NCBI GenBank assembly: GCA_012026655.1
Contig: JAAILG010001267.1
Location: 1-64,000, forward strand
Direction: 5' to 3'
Origin: Hydrolagus affinis
Taxonomy: Eukaryota
DNA: 64,000 nt
Shown: positions 25,015 to 38,112 of the stretch, one piece after another
Layout of the letters: each line of letters begins with the position of its first letter
Numbering within the stretch: the first letter of the stretch is position 1
Translations under genes and position numbers: made by a program
Notes under the pieces: model-generated
The model's database searches: none
Told to the model about the DNA's origin: nothing
Seen by the model: the letters and a program-made list of their open reading frames with translations, nothing else

Positions 25015-25302
25015 ACTGGTGTCCTCTTGGCTGTATGTTGCCTGGCTCGGTTGCAAGTCAGAAGGCTGTGGGTTCAAGCCCCACGTCAGGACTTTGAACG
25101 CACATAGTCTTGGCTGACACTTCCAATGCAGTGCTGAGGGAGGGTGCCGTCAACAGTGCTTGTCGTTGTTGACATAGCCGTCCTTTGGATGAGACATTAA
25201 ACCGAGACACAATCTACTTCTCCAGATTTCTTTCTAGGCCAATTAAAATTGGCCGCTCACTTCACTGCAGTCGGTCCCCAAGTGGAACATTGTGTGCGCA
25301 AA
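25015..25302 (+). mobile_element. Deu-domain SINE (SacSINE/AmnSINE-like)
   Basis: TCAGAAGGCTGTGGGTTCAAGCCCCAC...TGCAGTGCTGAGGGAG...GCCGTCCTTTGGATGAGACATTAAACCGAG. Related copies at about 14200-14325(-), 15480-15570(-), 27100-27350(-), 34945-35220(+) and 44620-44980(-). Confidence 0.65.
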
Positions 25303-25402
25303 NNNNNNNNNNNNNNNNNNNNNNNNNNNNNNNNNNNNNNNNNNNNNNNNNNNNNNNNNNNNNNNNNNNNNNNNNNNNNNNNNNNNNNNNNNNNNNNNNN
25401 NN
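25303..25402. other. Assembly gap (100 N)
   Basis: Run of N. Confidence 1.
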
Positions 25403-28007
25403 CCCCCCCCCCCCCCACCCCTCCAGCATCCCACAACCCCACAAAAAATATCACATCCATTCCTTGAGAAATGAAGTTAATTAAAGTGAAATATACGCTG
25501 GGGTCTGTTATTCCCGTTGCACGTCAAACCTAAAATCTCTGCTTTGCACATCGCACGTCAGACCAAACCTTATAATCTGTGTACAGCTCCCTGACCGTCA
25601 TTTGATTGTCACCATGACAACAGTCATCGGTTTAAATAAACGGGGCCAAGGAGATTATTGAAAAGCTGCTCGGTGATCTCTGGCTGTGTGACATTTGATA
25701 AAATAACACAGGTCGCAATGTGCTTTCGTGATGCCCCAGCATTGTTAAACTGCTTGATCCTTGCAGTTTGCAATATCATCTGTAGCTCCTCAAAGGATTA
25801 TTGCCTTAAACCATCCTACACTTCGGGCGTTATACCATACAAAGCGCCGACACGTTGAGGAAGCCGTATCTCTAGTCAAAAGGTCTTTATTTCCTTTAAA
25901 GACCTATCTTTGCGGCCGTTGCGTTCCGAGTAGTCGGTTAGTCCTGGAGCCGAGGAAAGTTCCTGCGCAGAATTCAAGGTCACCCTTTGCGTGACTGAAT
26001 TCGAGCGCAAGGGCTCGGGATTTTATTTATTCTTCCATTCAGCGAAACCCCAATTGGCCACCTGCCGGTGAAATTGCCTCCAGTGGGAAACATTAGATGC
26101 GGGTGTCAGTGTCACGATATGACATACGCGTTCCGCAGAGTGCTAGCAACGTGGATTTCCCACCTGTAATTTCTCCATCTTGTGAGGCCCCCAATCCCTT
26201 CAGCGCCATTCGATTGGGCGCTGAGCAGCCAGGGAGATGGAAAATGCATTATCACCTGGTGTTGCACTCACTGAGCTCCTAGCAGATGGCTCCATGAAGC
26301 ACTGGGAGTATAGTAAGTGTGCAGTCCACCTTGGCAGAGGTTGGTGTTTGCTACGGGGAGATTCAGAACAGGATAAAATTAATAACCTAATAAGAAAATT
26401 GTTGTTGTGTTCCACAATTATCCTTATCCCAGCTGCAGAATTCTGTTTTCCCTCCCCAGTGAGAAAGACCCAGTACATCCGTTGTTATTTATTGGAAGAC
26501 TGTCTGACTCTGGTGTTAGAAATAGCATTTCACTGTTTCCAGCACATTGAATTGTTTCACTGAGTGTGCTCTTATCAGAAGTGTGTCTGAGATTCAAATC
26601 GAGCATTAACATTGAATCTGGAAAGTCAGTGCTCACCTCAGCAGCAAGAAGTCTGTGAGATGACAACTCTCTAGGAGATTTATAAGAGATTTCAGACAAC
26701 TCTCTCGTCCCAGCGCCTTGGGACGACCTCTTGATGTGAAAGGCGCTGTACAAGTGTCATTTTGTTGTTGTTGAGATACGTACGGTTCCAAAGGAAACAA
26801 AACACACAAACTGCATCATTTTAAATGACCAGATTTTCATACTACAAAAATAATCACTCACATTTAAGATCTTTTCTGCTCACAAAACACGTAATACGTA
26901 GCTCATGTTATTGAGGTGAATGTTACTATGTCAAAATTAACCCAAACTGCTGTGTACCAAAGTTGGGTAGAATTTGAATAATGATAGAATAATCCTCTCA
27001 TTTTCATTTAGCTCCTTATCACTTCATCAACAACAACAACAACATCGTGTTGTATTTCTATAGCACCCTTCACATGGGGCAGTGACCCGGAGCGCTCAAT
27101 ACATCACCAAGTGCTTCCCATGATTTATTGTAAAGTGTAGTGACTGTGTATTGATGGAAATTGCGGCAGTCAATTTGCACACGGCAGTGTCCCACAAGCA
27201 GCCACAAACTGAATGAACAATTATATTTGGGGGATTGTCGGACCAGGACACCAGAGAGAGAAACTCCCTCCTCTTTTCGACTCATACCACAGAATCATTA
27301 ATGTTCACCCGAACAGGCGGACGAGAGCTCGGTTTAATGTCTCATCCGCAAAACATATTACCTTTCCTCTCTAATCAATTCCAAAATACTCTCTTTCATC
27401 AGCAGCTCAATCATGCTGTGTAGTGAAGGTTAAAGCGATCACCACTTTTTACAAAAATCCTCGCTATAAACAGCCCTTGTCATTATTTTTCATTTGCATC
27501 TCATTGAAGGAAAATTATTTAGACAGGTTTCTTTATTGATTTTTATCTGGGCCAGTTCCATTAGATATCACTTATGAGATCTTTACAGCACACCACAGCT
27601 TTACATGGTGTTTGATTCTGGTCACCGCAGATTGTGTTATAAATAGAGGAAGTGCAAATAATCATTCAAAGGCTCCAACATTCTCATGCAATGCATTGAG
27701 TGTTCCAAACGCTGTGTTAGCTGAACACTGTGCTGATATCTATCTCACTTGGGTCAAACATGGACTGTTCTCTATCACTTAAAGGGATTTCCCATTATGA
27801 GCACGAGATGAAGCATTTACAAGTGTTAGCGAACATTGCGTGCCGCCCCCACTGTGATCTAATGGGCTCAGAGTATTTTCTTTCCTGTTACATCTGTCAG
27901 ATTTTAAATGACTAACTTCAGCCACCATTTGACAGACTAATCATGCAATGTATGTCTCGCATAATTTTGCCTGTTCCTCTTTCCTCCTTTGCTGTCTTTC
28001 CACAAAG

Positions 28008-28028
28008 AAATAAAGATTTTAGACATAG
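28008..28028 (+). CDS. TENM2: 21-nt NHL (beta-propeller) alternative microexon, NKDFRHS
   Basis: Polypyrimidine tract, then cacaaag|AAATAAAGATTTTAGACATAG|gtaagg; phase 2-2. Gives ...[18 protein letters not shown], the known 7-aa teneurin splice insert. Confidence 0.9.
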
Positions 28029-30630
28029 GTAAGGTGTTCACTTTTCACCTCCCCTCTTCAGAAAGTATCTTGTCTTTGTTTGTGCCATCCCTGTTCAGCG
28101 CATTAAAGGCGGAAGTAACTCTGTGAATAAATACTATCAATGATAAGAACTAGAGGGGTTCAGTACTTACCCGCTGATTAACTCCTTATGTTTAGCTTTC
28201 CAAAGAGGCAGAGAGAGCTAATCCTGCTGGTGATATTGATGCCACCTAATGTTACTGTGGATATAGTTAGTTTCTGGCTAGTAGAACTTGTTCCTATTGA
28301 CACCTGCTTGGACAATACTGCTACCTGGATCCTTCATATTAATTGGGGATAGGTCAAGAGCAATTGCTTCCCGTTCTCAATTATTCCATATAAAAACTGG
28401 GGCAGTGGTAAGGACCAGGATAAAGCTTCATCGCTGTGCCCTCATTGAAACAAAATTCTGAAATTCTCCCCCATGGGAACAAATGATGACAGTGATATAT
28501 TTGGCAGAGTGAGATATTCTTCCCCCATTGACATAGAGCAGACATGGAATGTGCACGTGCTTAACTGTGCCAAATATCTATTCCCTTGTCTCTCCCTTTT
28601 GCTGCCGTCAAGCTGCACTATGTTGACGCATTTCATACTAATCAGAATTGGACATTGAGCACCAGTGTAGACAACACATATTAGCTCTCTGTAATAACTC
28701 TCACTTCATATCTATGTGAATGTACTCTCTAGGTTGGAGTGCTACAGGATGTAGCTATGGGTATCCACTAGTTTGCAAAGTGATGCTCAACCAAGGAAGT
28801 TCCTTTTTACAATCCCTTCAATCTTCACCATTGGTGTAGATAAGACAGGACTGTTCAGAGACTATTCGTTGGCAGTCTTTTCCCTGTGCCCATTCCCACT
28901 GGCACTATTAGTGAGGATATTTATTGGGATCGTCCCCCTTATTGACGCTCACCATTTTAAATCAGCTCCACTGTTTACTACAAAAAAGTGAAAGATTCAT
29001 GATTGCATAAATGAACCCTGACATAAAAATAGCAATTTTTTACGCAAATGCATGGAGGGAATCTAGGCACGGTGTTGATAGTGTTTAATCATGGAGTTAC
29101 GGTTCTCGCTCAGTGGAAGATGTTTGTAAATAGACTTCCCACTGTGTACTTTTATTGAATTTGTCACATTATTTGGTGCTTTTTAAAATGACTATTGTTG
29201 AAAATAATGAATGTTCTTGTGGGTTGGAATGCGTGTGTGTCTATTGCTTCTAGTTTGAGCTTTTTTTTCTTTTTGACATATCGTCCATTGATAAACGAGA
29301 ATTTCTAATGGTTTTTGCAACTCCCGCGCCCCCAAAAAAATACCGATTAGTCAGCAGAACCCAGAAAGTGAAAGAATGTCTTAATTTTGTTGCCATTTAA
29401 TTCTTATTCTCTTTCCAACAGTTTTTTTTTAAAAAAAGCTTGTTTTTAATTAAATTCAGTTTAGACTTTTATCATTATGCGATCAGCACAGTAGAAATAA
29501 CATTTTGGGGTCTGAAATTGATGACAAGGTGATAAAAGGTAACCGAGTAGCAAAGTGGGTCAGGGAGGTTCATCTCAAAAAACTGGATTTAAATCCGATC
29601 AATAGGTCACAAGACAAGGGATAAAGGAAATTTTATTGCTGTGGTTCTCTCCTGAACGTCTAATTGTGGATTTGGAAATAAAATTCACTGTTTGACCAAA
29701 GTAAAGTTTTAGACTGGACTTCTCAATGGTAATATTATCTCTATGGTAATAGTACCTCTACTGGGAATGTTTATTTTGCCAATGGGGTTTCATTTTCTGT
29801 CATTCATCTTGATAGGCATATAGAGCCTCACCCCACCAAATGGGGTTATTTGGGTGCTAAATTTGATGATTATCACTGCGAAAATCCATTGAAAAAGGCT
29901 TTGGGCACCCACATGCAGAAGCTTCAATGTTCTGCTAAATTGACCGCAATATTGGCGTAGGACCTGAAAGTGTTGCTGATGTGGGTGTATAAGGGTGCAG
30001 TAATGAGGAGTTTGGGGATACATCAAATTGTGATAGCATGAGTCTCCATATCAGACATTTCTCTCGAGATGCAGTTTGAATGCTTGAAACCAAATGCATC
30101 CCAGCTGCAATCAAAGGCAAACTTCAGATGATCCGAGATAAGATGTTTTGTGACTGGACCTTGGCCTCTGGGTTCTTTTATATGGCACTTAAATTGAATC
30201 ATTTTATCAGTTTGGGTTCAGCTTTCACTTGAAGGAGCGTTTTATACGTTGCATCCTTAATAGAAAAAAACAACATATTAAAATTGCAAGTTATGAGCCA
30301 GTTTGTGGTAACATCAGAGTTCCTCTTGCAGAGAAAAAAAAATGCTTCCATTTCCATTTTTAGTGCTGTGTCTATAATCGAGTGGGAATAAAAATACGGT
30401 ACAGCGCTGGGTAGCTGCATTGATGGTGATATTGAGGCATTTTGTGGTGGAGATTAGGATACGTTTCTGTGCTGCAGTATTTGATCAAACGTTTTCAGAC
30501 GAGGAAAATATCTTCATTTGTTTTTAAAATGGCACCTTCGCGAGGAGGCAGAAGTCTGTCTAACTTTGCAACCGGAATCTCTGACTCGTGAACTTGAACT
30601 TAATGTGTGCTTTCCTTTCCCACCTTAAAG

Positions 30631-30863
30631 CAACAACCCAGCCCATAAGTACTTCATGGCTGTGGATCCCGTCACAGGGGCGCTGTACGTCTCGGACACA
30701 AATAGCCGGCAGATCTTCCGCATTAAGTCTCTCTCGGGAGCCAGGGATCTTGTCGCTAATTCAGAGGTTGTAGCAGGGACAGGGGAGCAGTGCCTACCGT
30801 TTGATGAAGCCAGGTGCGGCGATGGAGGAAAAGCAGTGGAGGCGACACTTATGAGTCCCAGAG
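30631..30863 (+). CDS. TENM2: TENM2 exon (NHL; [13 protein letters not shown]...LMSPR)
   Basis: ttaaag| acceptor; G|gtattc donor; 233 nt. Confidence 0.93.
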
Positions 30864-30879
30864 GTATTCTCTTAATGAT

Positions 30880-31210
30880 AATAATAATCCTTGTAATAAT
30901 CCCAAATAATCATTTGATATCGCACTTTTCACATCTTCTATTCGTCTCAAAGCGCTTCACAGAACATGCTGCAAAGTGAGTTGATTGTATATTTGTGGGT
31001 AAAACGCAGCAGCCAATTAATTGCGCACAGCAGTGTCTCACAAACAGTCATGGATTGAAGCGATCAAATTATCATTATTCTTGTTTAATTTCATGACGGA
31101 TTATTATCAGGCTTGTGGAATAAGGAAATTTGCCCAAGGTTTCACCCTGCTGGGAATCGAACCTAGGGTCCCTCCCTTGTGAGACGAGTGCTCTAACTGA
31201 GCTACAGAAC
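30880..31210 (-). mobile_element. tRNA-derived SINE, antisense, starting about 15 nt after a splice donor
   Basis: Reverse tail, body and head (GTGCTCTAACTGAGCTACAG). Confidence 0.85.
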
Positions 31211-31997
31211 TCAGAGTGTGCTTTTCAAGAATTATCACATCATTTTTAAACAGCACATTCGTGTGTGCTTGTGTGTGTGTTCTGTTTGCAAAATGCATCA
31301 GTACACACATAAATGTTGCATTCCCTTTTTCTGAAAGGTAGCATGGCCCAGAGGGCCGCAGCAGTGCTTTAGAGACAATTCATTCACTGCAGGCAAATGG
31401 AAAGGCAATTGATGAAGAGGTTTGCTGGCTTCACATACTTAGTGAACCTGTATTACACAGTGACTGGTTTGGAAAATGCATTGCGCATTCGGAGGAAGGC
31501 GATAAACCTTCACAAAGACATGAGTGACTGAAACCCTGGTTAATGTCATTGAATAAAACAAATGGGTCAGAATCCAAAAGCCAGTCCCTGATTCTCAAAA
31601 GCGGGAGAGAAAGGTACAGAGCAAACGATTTGAAGTAACTGCAGAACAAAATTGGTTTATTCCGAACCAGGTACTATTGCCGATAGTAAATGTTCCAGTG
31701 TGTTCTGCCCTTGAATATAATAAAGCACAAATTAATTACCTCATTCCCGTGCTTCAATTATTTCCTCTTGTTCAGGTACTGAATAATTCACTATCGTTAT
31801 TTATTAGATGGCTGGCTTATTTAAAAGACTGCTCACATTAATACTCTCCAGCTGTCTTTCTTCCCTGACCTTTTGAGCAGGATGTCAATGCTGAAGAATG
31901 TTACATTTTCCATTTTATTTTGCACTTTCCTTACCCAGTCTCACGGCACCCAGAGTGAAATGATTCATAATAATAAATACAAGATAATAATGTGTAT

Positions 31998-32202
31998 AAT
32001 AATAATAAGCCTTGAATTTGATATAGCACTTTTCACGTCTTCTAGACATCTCAAAGCACTTTACAGAATATTTTTTTGGACAGATTATTATTAGGCGTGC
32101 GGATTAAGGAAACTTGCCCAAGGTTTCGCCCTGACCTGCCTGGATTTGAACACAGGTCTCGCACTTGCAAAGGCGAGTGCTCTAACCACTGATCTACAGG
32201 AT
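31998..32202 (-). mobile_element. tRNA-derived SINE with internal deletion
   Basis: Tail joined directly to the head-proximal part; central body missing. Confidence 0.8.
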
Positions 32203-32461
32203 TGAACTTCATGCATAAGAGTTGTGCAAAACTCCCTCTACACTGTCCCTCCACAGTGGTTGCAGCCAGCCCTTCCATTTCCAAAGAGCATTTACTCTTC
32301 GCTGCACCATCACGGCAATTTAGTTCCACTCCTCACCTAACCTTATCTTCGGTCCTTTCAAGCCCTGCCCGGCAACTTATTAATGTCAATCATTCCCATA
32401 TTGTAGGGAATTTGGCTTCCCGGGAAATAGCTTGAGACAATTCAAACTCTTAATACTTTGA

Positions 32462-32797
<336 letters not shown>

Positions 32798-33693
32798 TAG
32801 GATTTATTGAACCGATCTGGCTTTCCTTCATTTAATACTCGGGTTAGGTAGGACACTCACTGCAAAGACTTTTTTATATCTTTGGATCTCCTTTCTGTTG
32901 AATCCAATTTCAGAGTAACTGATGCAGAATGTCCTGAGCTCCAACCAACTTTGGCTCATCCAATTGTGTGAGACTTAAGACAATTATTTTCCTTATGACC
33001 CAAGGGCTGCGGACTAGCTGCAGTGTATATAAGGAGGATGTAGAAAGGTGTATTTACATACAGGGTGATCAAACAGTCGTGATACCATTACAATGTCTAA
33101 TAAGTGCTATGATTTTTTTTAAATGGTGGGGTGCTTTTCACAACTTTTTTGGTAACTCTGTACATAATGTCTATGTAAGGAAGGTGTAATCGTGAGTCAA
33201 AGAAATTGATACGAAATTATGATTTAAATGGTTTCTCAATCACTATGGAAGCCATAAGAAAAAATAAGCCTCAGAAACCGTGATTTATGCAAGAATGCTG
33301 TACTGAGCATGATGTTATGAAAGAGAGGCACATGCATTGCTTTCATTATTATATACGGGGAGAGAAGCAGAGAAGTTTCCTGTTGTTTCCCTATCGAAGA
33401 GGTTCAGCCAAGAACAATCAAGAACTAATGTGTGTGTCCTGGCTTAGTTTAGCATTCATTGAGATCCAGCGAAGACTACAACTCAATTTTAAGGGCCAGA
33501 GTAGAATTGCATGACTTGAAATTATATCTGTGCTATCGAGAAAACTACCTAACCGCAGTGTGAATTTAAACCAAAGACATTAACAAACTCGAGAACCATG
33601 AAAGCCAAATAATGCCTTTTCATTGAAATTATTTTTTTATTTTCTTGTGATGAACTGCATTCTATTCTGCAATTCCAATTTTCCTCTCCGCAG

Positions 33694-34568
33694 GTGCGAC
33701 TGGAATGGCCGACAGACCTCGCCATTAATCCAATGGACAATTCCCTCTACGTCCTGGAGAACAATGTCATTCTGCGTATAACCGAGAATCACCAGGTCAG
33801 CATTATAGCCGGCCGCCCCATGCACTGCCAGGTCCCGGGCATTGACTATTCCCTCAGCAAACTGGCCATTCACTCTGCGCTGGAGTCCGCCAGCGCCATC
33901 GGCGTCTCCCACACCGGGATTCTTTACATAGCGGAGACGGACGAGAAGAAGATTAACCGCGTCCGGCAAGTGACCACCAATGGGGAAATCTCCCTGCTGG
34001 CGGGTTTGGCCTCAGACTGCGACTGCAAAAATGATGTCAACTGCGACTGCTTCTCCGGTGACGAGGGCTACGCCACGGATGCCAAGCTGAACTCGCCGTC
34101 CTCGCTGGCCATCTCGCCGGACGGGACTGTTTACATCGCCGACCTGGGCAACATCCGCATCCGAGCCATCGATCGCAACCGACCGTTGTTGACCTCGATG
34201 AACCTGTACGAGGTGGCCTCGGCGGCGGAGCAGGAGCTGTACATCTTCAACCTGGACGGGATCCACCAGTATACCATGAGCCTGGTCACGGGCGATTACA
34301 TCTATAACTTCTCCTACAGTATGGACAACGACATCGTGGAGGTGATCGACAACAATGGCAACATGCTCAAGATCCGCAGGGACAGCACCGGGCTGCCACG
34401 TCACTTGCTGCTGCCGGACAACCAAGTGTGCTCGATAACCATCAGCGGCAACGGAGGACTCAAGGCCATATCCATCCAGAACCAGGAACTAGTCTTGTTC
34501 ACGTACAACGGCAACAGCGGTCTTCTGGCAACCAAAACCGATGACATCGGCTGGACCACTTTCTTTGA
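33694..34568 (+). CDS. TENM2: TENM2 exon (NHL end / YD shell start; VRLEWPTDL...GWTTFF)
   Basis: ccgcag| acceptor; GA|gtaaga donor; 875 nt; matches ORF 33694..34572. Confidence 0.95.
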
Positions 34569-36104
34569 GTAAGAGTTGGGCATTTCTGAAGCGCATCTCT
34601 ATTTTTTTTGTAGGCGGACGAAGCATGCAGCGCATAGGGGATGGCTTCAGTGATTCGGGACGTGCCTCCCGCCGTGAAAGGCGCTCTATAAATGTAATTT
34701 TGTTGTTGTTGTTGTAATGCTGAGTGAGCGCACAATGGCAAATTGGAATCTAGCGCCTTCGGGTTTCATTTTGTTGTGCGGCAGCTTGAGTATATTTCCT
34801 TCTGTTCATTTCGCCGTGAAACTTCATTCCATGAACTTTCTCCACCCTCGCTCGCTCCCCCCCAAACTCTAAATACGTTGCCACCTCTCCGTAGCACTCT
34901 TCCGTCTCTCCGAATTGCACCAGTGTTACAGTTAAGTCAGGATCACTCTTGAATCTCAGGTCAGTTGTAGGTTCAAGCCACACATTGGTACATTGAGCTC
35001 ACATTTACACTGACCACTCCAGTGCATTGACAGAGGTAATGTTCTTTGGATGAGCTGTTAAATTGGCTTCCCTTCTACCTAACCAGGTGAATGTTAAAGA
35101 TCCTATCACATTGTTGTAAAAAAAAAGCTAAATTAGTAATCCACTTCATGAACTGTTTGTGTGACATTACTGTGTGTAAATTGGCTGGGGTGTTCAGGAC
35201 CTATGAAGCGATTTGAATCTTTATACGTGCATTATCAACCAATGGGATTATTATTACAATCTCCTATAATGACAACAATAGCAACAATATGTACTTATAT
35301 AGCGTATATAGCGCCCTTTCACGAGGGGCAGCGTCACAGAGCACTTAAACAGTAGCTGAGCCTGATGCAGAGCCGTGGGGGGAGTGAAGAAATAATCATT
35401 AACACGGTTGAAGAAGAAGGTCTTCAGTTGTAATCTAAAAGAGAGGAAGGAGGGGCGAGGTGAAGGCATTGGGGAGCGAGTTCCAAAATGTGGCCATCAA
35501 TGGTGGAGCAGAGAGGATAAACGGGAGGTCGTATTCTATTCTAACCCAGAAGTTCTTTACCTCCCTCTCACTTTGTTTCCTTTTATAAACTGTAGTCTTT
35601 AAAAACCCAAACTTTGTTTGACCAAACCACTTCCGATCTCATATCAATGTCTCCACTGCTCTTGTCGATCTTGGCGTTAGACTGAATTGTGGACTTTTCT
35701 GCCTTCAGCTAAATCCTCGGTGAAAGAGTTAGATTGATGGTCCTGTTTTGAGGAAACAAAAAAAAATGCATTTTCCTAAAAATACACAAGAAGTAATCTA
35801 GCAGTACAACTCTCAGCCGCTGTCTAATTAATAAATCCACCCACTTAATAAATGGAATTTTTACTATGAAAAATGAGATGAAGATGAGACATGTAGAGGT
35901 TTGGACCTCAGTGATGTCATAAAAACCCCAAGTAATGAAATGCCACATGCAATGTATTACATTAATCTACAGTGTGGTGTGATTAATTGCAGGCACCTAA
36001 TATATGACCGCTCAGATTTTTGTAGCTCAAGATGAACGGTCCCATGTGTTCAATTAAACATTAAGAATTAAGAATTGTCAGTGTGTAACCTTTAAGGAGC
36101 CATA

Positions 36105-36600
36105 GGGGAGATATTCCACCCGGGTCTACATTTATTCTGTTTATGTAGCATTTCAGAGCATCCAGAATTAGGCAGGTACTAAAATCCAGCCTTTATTTTC
36201 AACCTGGTTATTTTAGGAAGCACAGGAAAACAGATTCAACATTCAAACTGAATTATTGATTTAGCCGAATTCTGCATTCTCCGCCATGATAAGAAAATAA
36301 GAGTAAATCCAGACATCCGTATGTAGAGTCCTAGTGTATGTAGAGTCCTGTAACATATCGGTTAGAGCACTCGCCTCACAAGTGAGAGACCTGGGTTTGA
36401 TTCCTGAACAGGATAACACTTTAAGCAAGTTCCCTTACTCCGCACACCTTTGTTTACCTAGCGATGAGTAGAAATCCGATTTTGAGCCAATTGGCAGATC
36501 GCTTTCCAGGGGTCAACATCCATTGGAAAAAATATATAATGATTTGGTCACTCAATTCATAATTGTTTGTGGGACACTGCTGTATGTAATTGGGCGTCAA
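36105..36600 (+). mobile_element. MITE (36105-36315) followed by a SINE (about 36325-36600)
   Basis: GGGGAGATATTCCACC terminus with inverted arms, then SINE head GTAGAGTCCTG...GGTTAGAGCACTCGCCTCACAAG. Confidence 0.65.
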
Positions 36601-37293
36601 ATATAGACCTGGGAGATATTTCTCCCCATCTGTATATTAGCAAAGGCGTATCAGAGCTAAGTCATTTAAAAATGTGAAAACATTTCAATCAACTTAAAAA
36701 TAATTTGTTGAGGTTTCTTTCTAAGAGACAGTTCATTGGAGAATATTACCTACTGGGTTACATGAAGTATCACTACAATGTATACATGATAGTAAAATGT
36801 TCTGTACTGAGTTATCTGAAAGAAGAGCAATCCATGCATTTGTTTTAGGATATATAATCTTGGGAACATCTCAAACTACTTCACGATGTTTCTGTAAAGC
36901 TTACTAGCTGTGCTGGCAGACATGCCATCCAATATGCACACAGCAGTGTCCAACAAAAAGCCATTAAATGAATGGCTAATTTTATCTGGAGGATTAATGG
37001 TGTGGACACTAAGAGGAACTCCTATCTCTTTTCCGATGGTGCCAACCATGTACACCAGGTGTGCTTCCATTTCTTGGACTCCCAAGACTTAAACATTCAT
37101 CACACTGTGTAATCCAACTCCAATAGACTCAGTTCCAGGTACTTCACATTTATATGTATTTTATCCAGATACCATTTAACATCCAATGCCACATATTCAG
37201 TGGTCTAACTCACTCCCAAGATCTGTTATTATTATCTGTTATTGTATATGTAATTCATGGGTTGACCTGATATAATGAATTTCTTTCACTTAG

Positions 37294-37469
37294 TTACGAT
37301 AGTGAAGGACGACTGACTAATGTGACTCGTCCAAGTGGGGTGGTCACCAGTTTGCACAGAGAAATGGAGAAGTCCATCAATATTGACATTGAAACCTCCA
37401 ACAGAGAAGATGATGTCACTGTCACCACCAACCTGTCTTCTGTAGATGTATCCTACACGCTTATTCAAG
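37294..37469 (+). CDS. TENM2: TENM2 exon (YD; [15 protein letters not shown]...YTLIQ)
   Basis: acttag| acceptor; G|gtaaag donor; 176 nt. Confidence 0.93.
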
Positions 37470-37952
37470 GTAAAGTGAAAACAGTTCAAATGAATGATCA
37501 CCCAACCTCTCCTTCTTCTTTGTAAGCACCAGCCTCCTTCATGTCTCCCACCCAACCCATTCTACCATGAACACTTTCAGCCTCTGGTCTTTAAAACTTT
37601 ATCCTGGAGTCTCACCACCTCACCCCTGCCCCCTCACTCCACACCTTTGGAACCCATTTTAAGACTAGACCTCAATCCACAATTTGTGGCATTGTTGAGT
37701 GTTTACCTCTCCCAGCGTTTGTTGGGGAAGTGGTTGTGTGTTAACCCAGACAAATTAGCTTCATGTTGACGCTCCTCTATGATTAAACCTACCAGCTTTA
37801 TAAAGGGTGTGATGGAAATGAACCATTTAAAATTTTCTCCTAACTGCACACTGTTTAGAACTAACAATTATGTTCACATCATTCTTCTGATCTGCTCACA
37901 ACAAGTGTATTCAGGTGTATACATCAAAATCCTTAACCCTCGACACATTTTT

Positions 37953-37984
<32 letters not shown>
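37953..37984. repeat. (CA)n microsatellite
   Basis: Direct reading. Confidence 0.95.
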
Positions 37985-38004
37985 TTGACCCAAATTCCAC
38001 CTTC

Positions 38005-38112
38005 CTGGAAACAAACAGAAATCACTGGGGACACTCAGCAGGTCAGGCAGCATCTATAGAGAAAGGAAAAGGGAGTCAACGTTTCGGGTCCACAACCCTT
38101 TGTCAGCACTCA
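38005..38112 (-). mobile_element. Penelope-like terminal repeat with degenerate minimal hammerhead ribozyme
   Basis: ACACTCAGCAGGTCAGGCAGCATCT motif. The minus strand reads GAGTG-CTGACAA-A-GGGTT-GTG-GACCC-GAAAC-GTT-GACTC. Confidence 0.65.

Noticed and set aside
25185-25484. ORFs spanning the N runs (also 51184-51448)
   Set aside because: Artefacts of translating assembly gaps.
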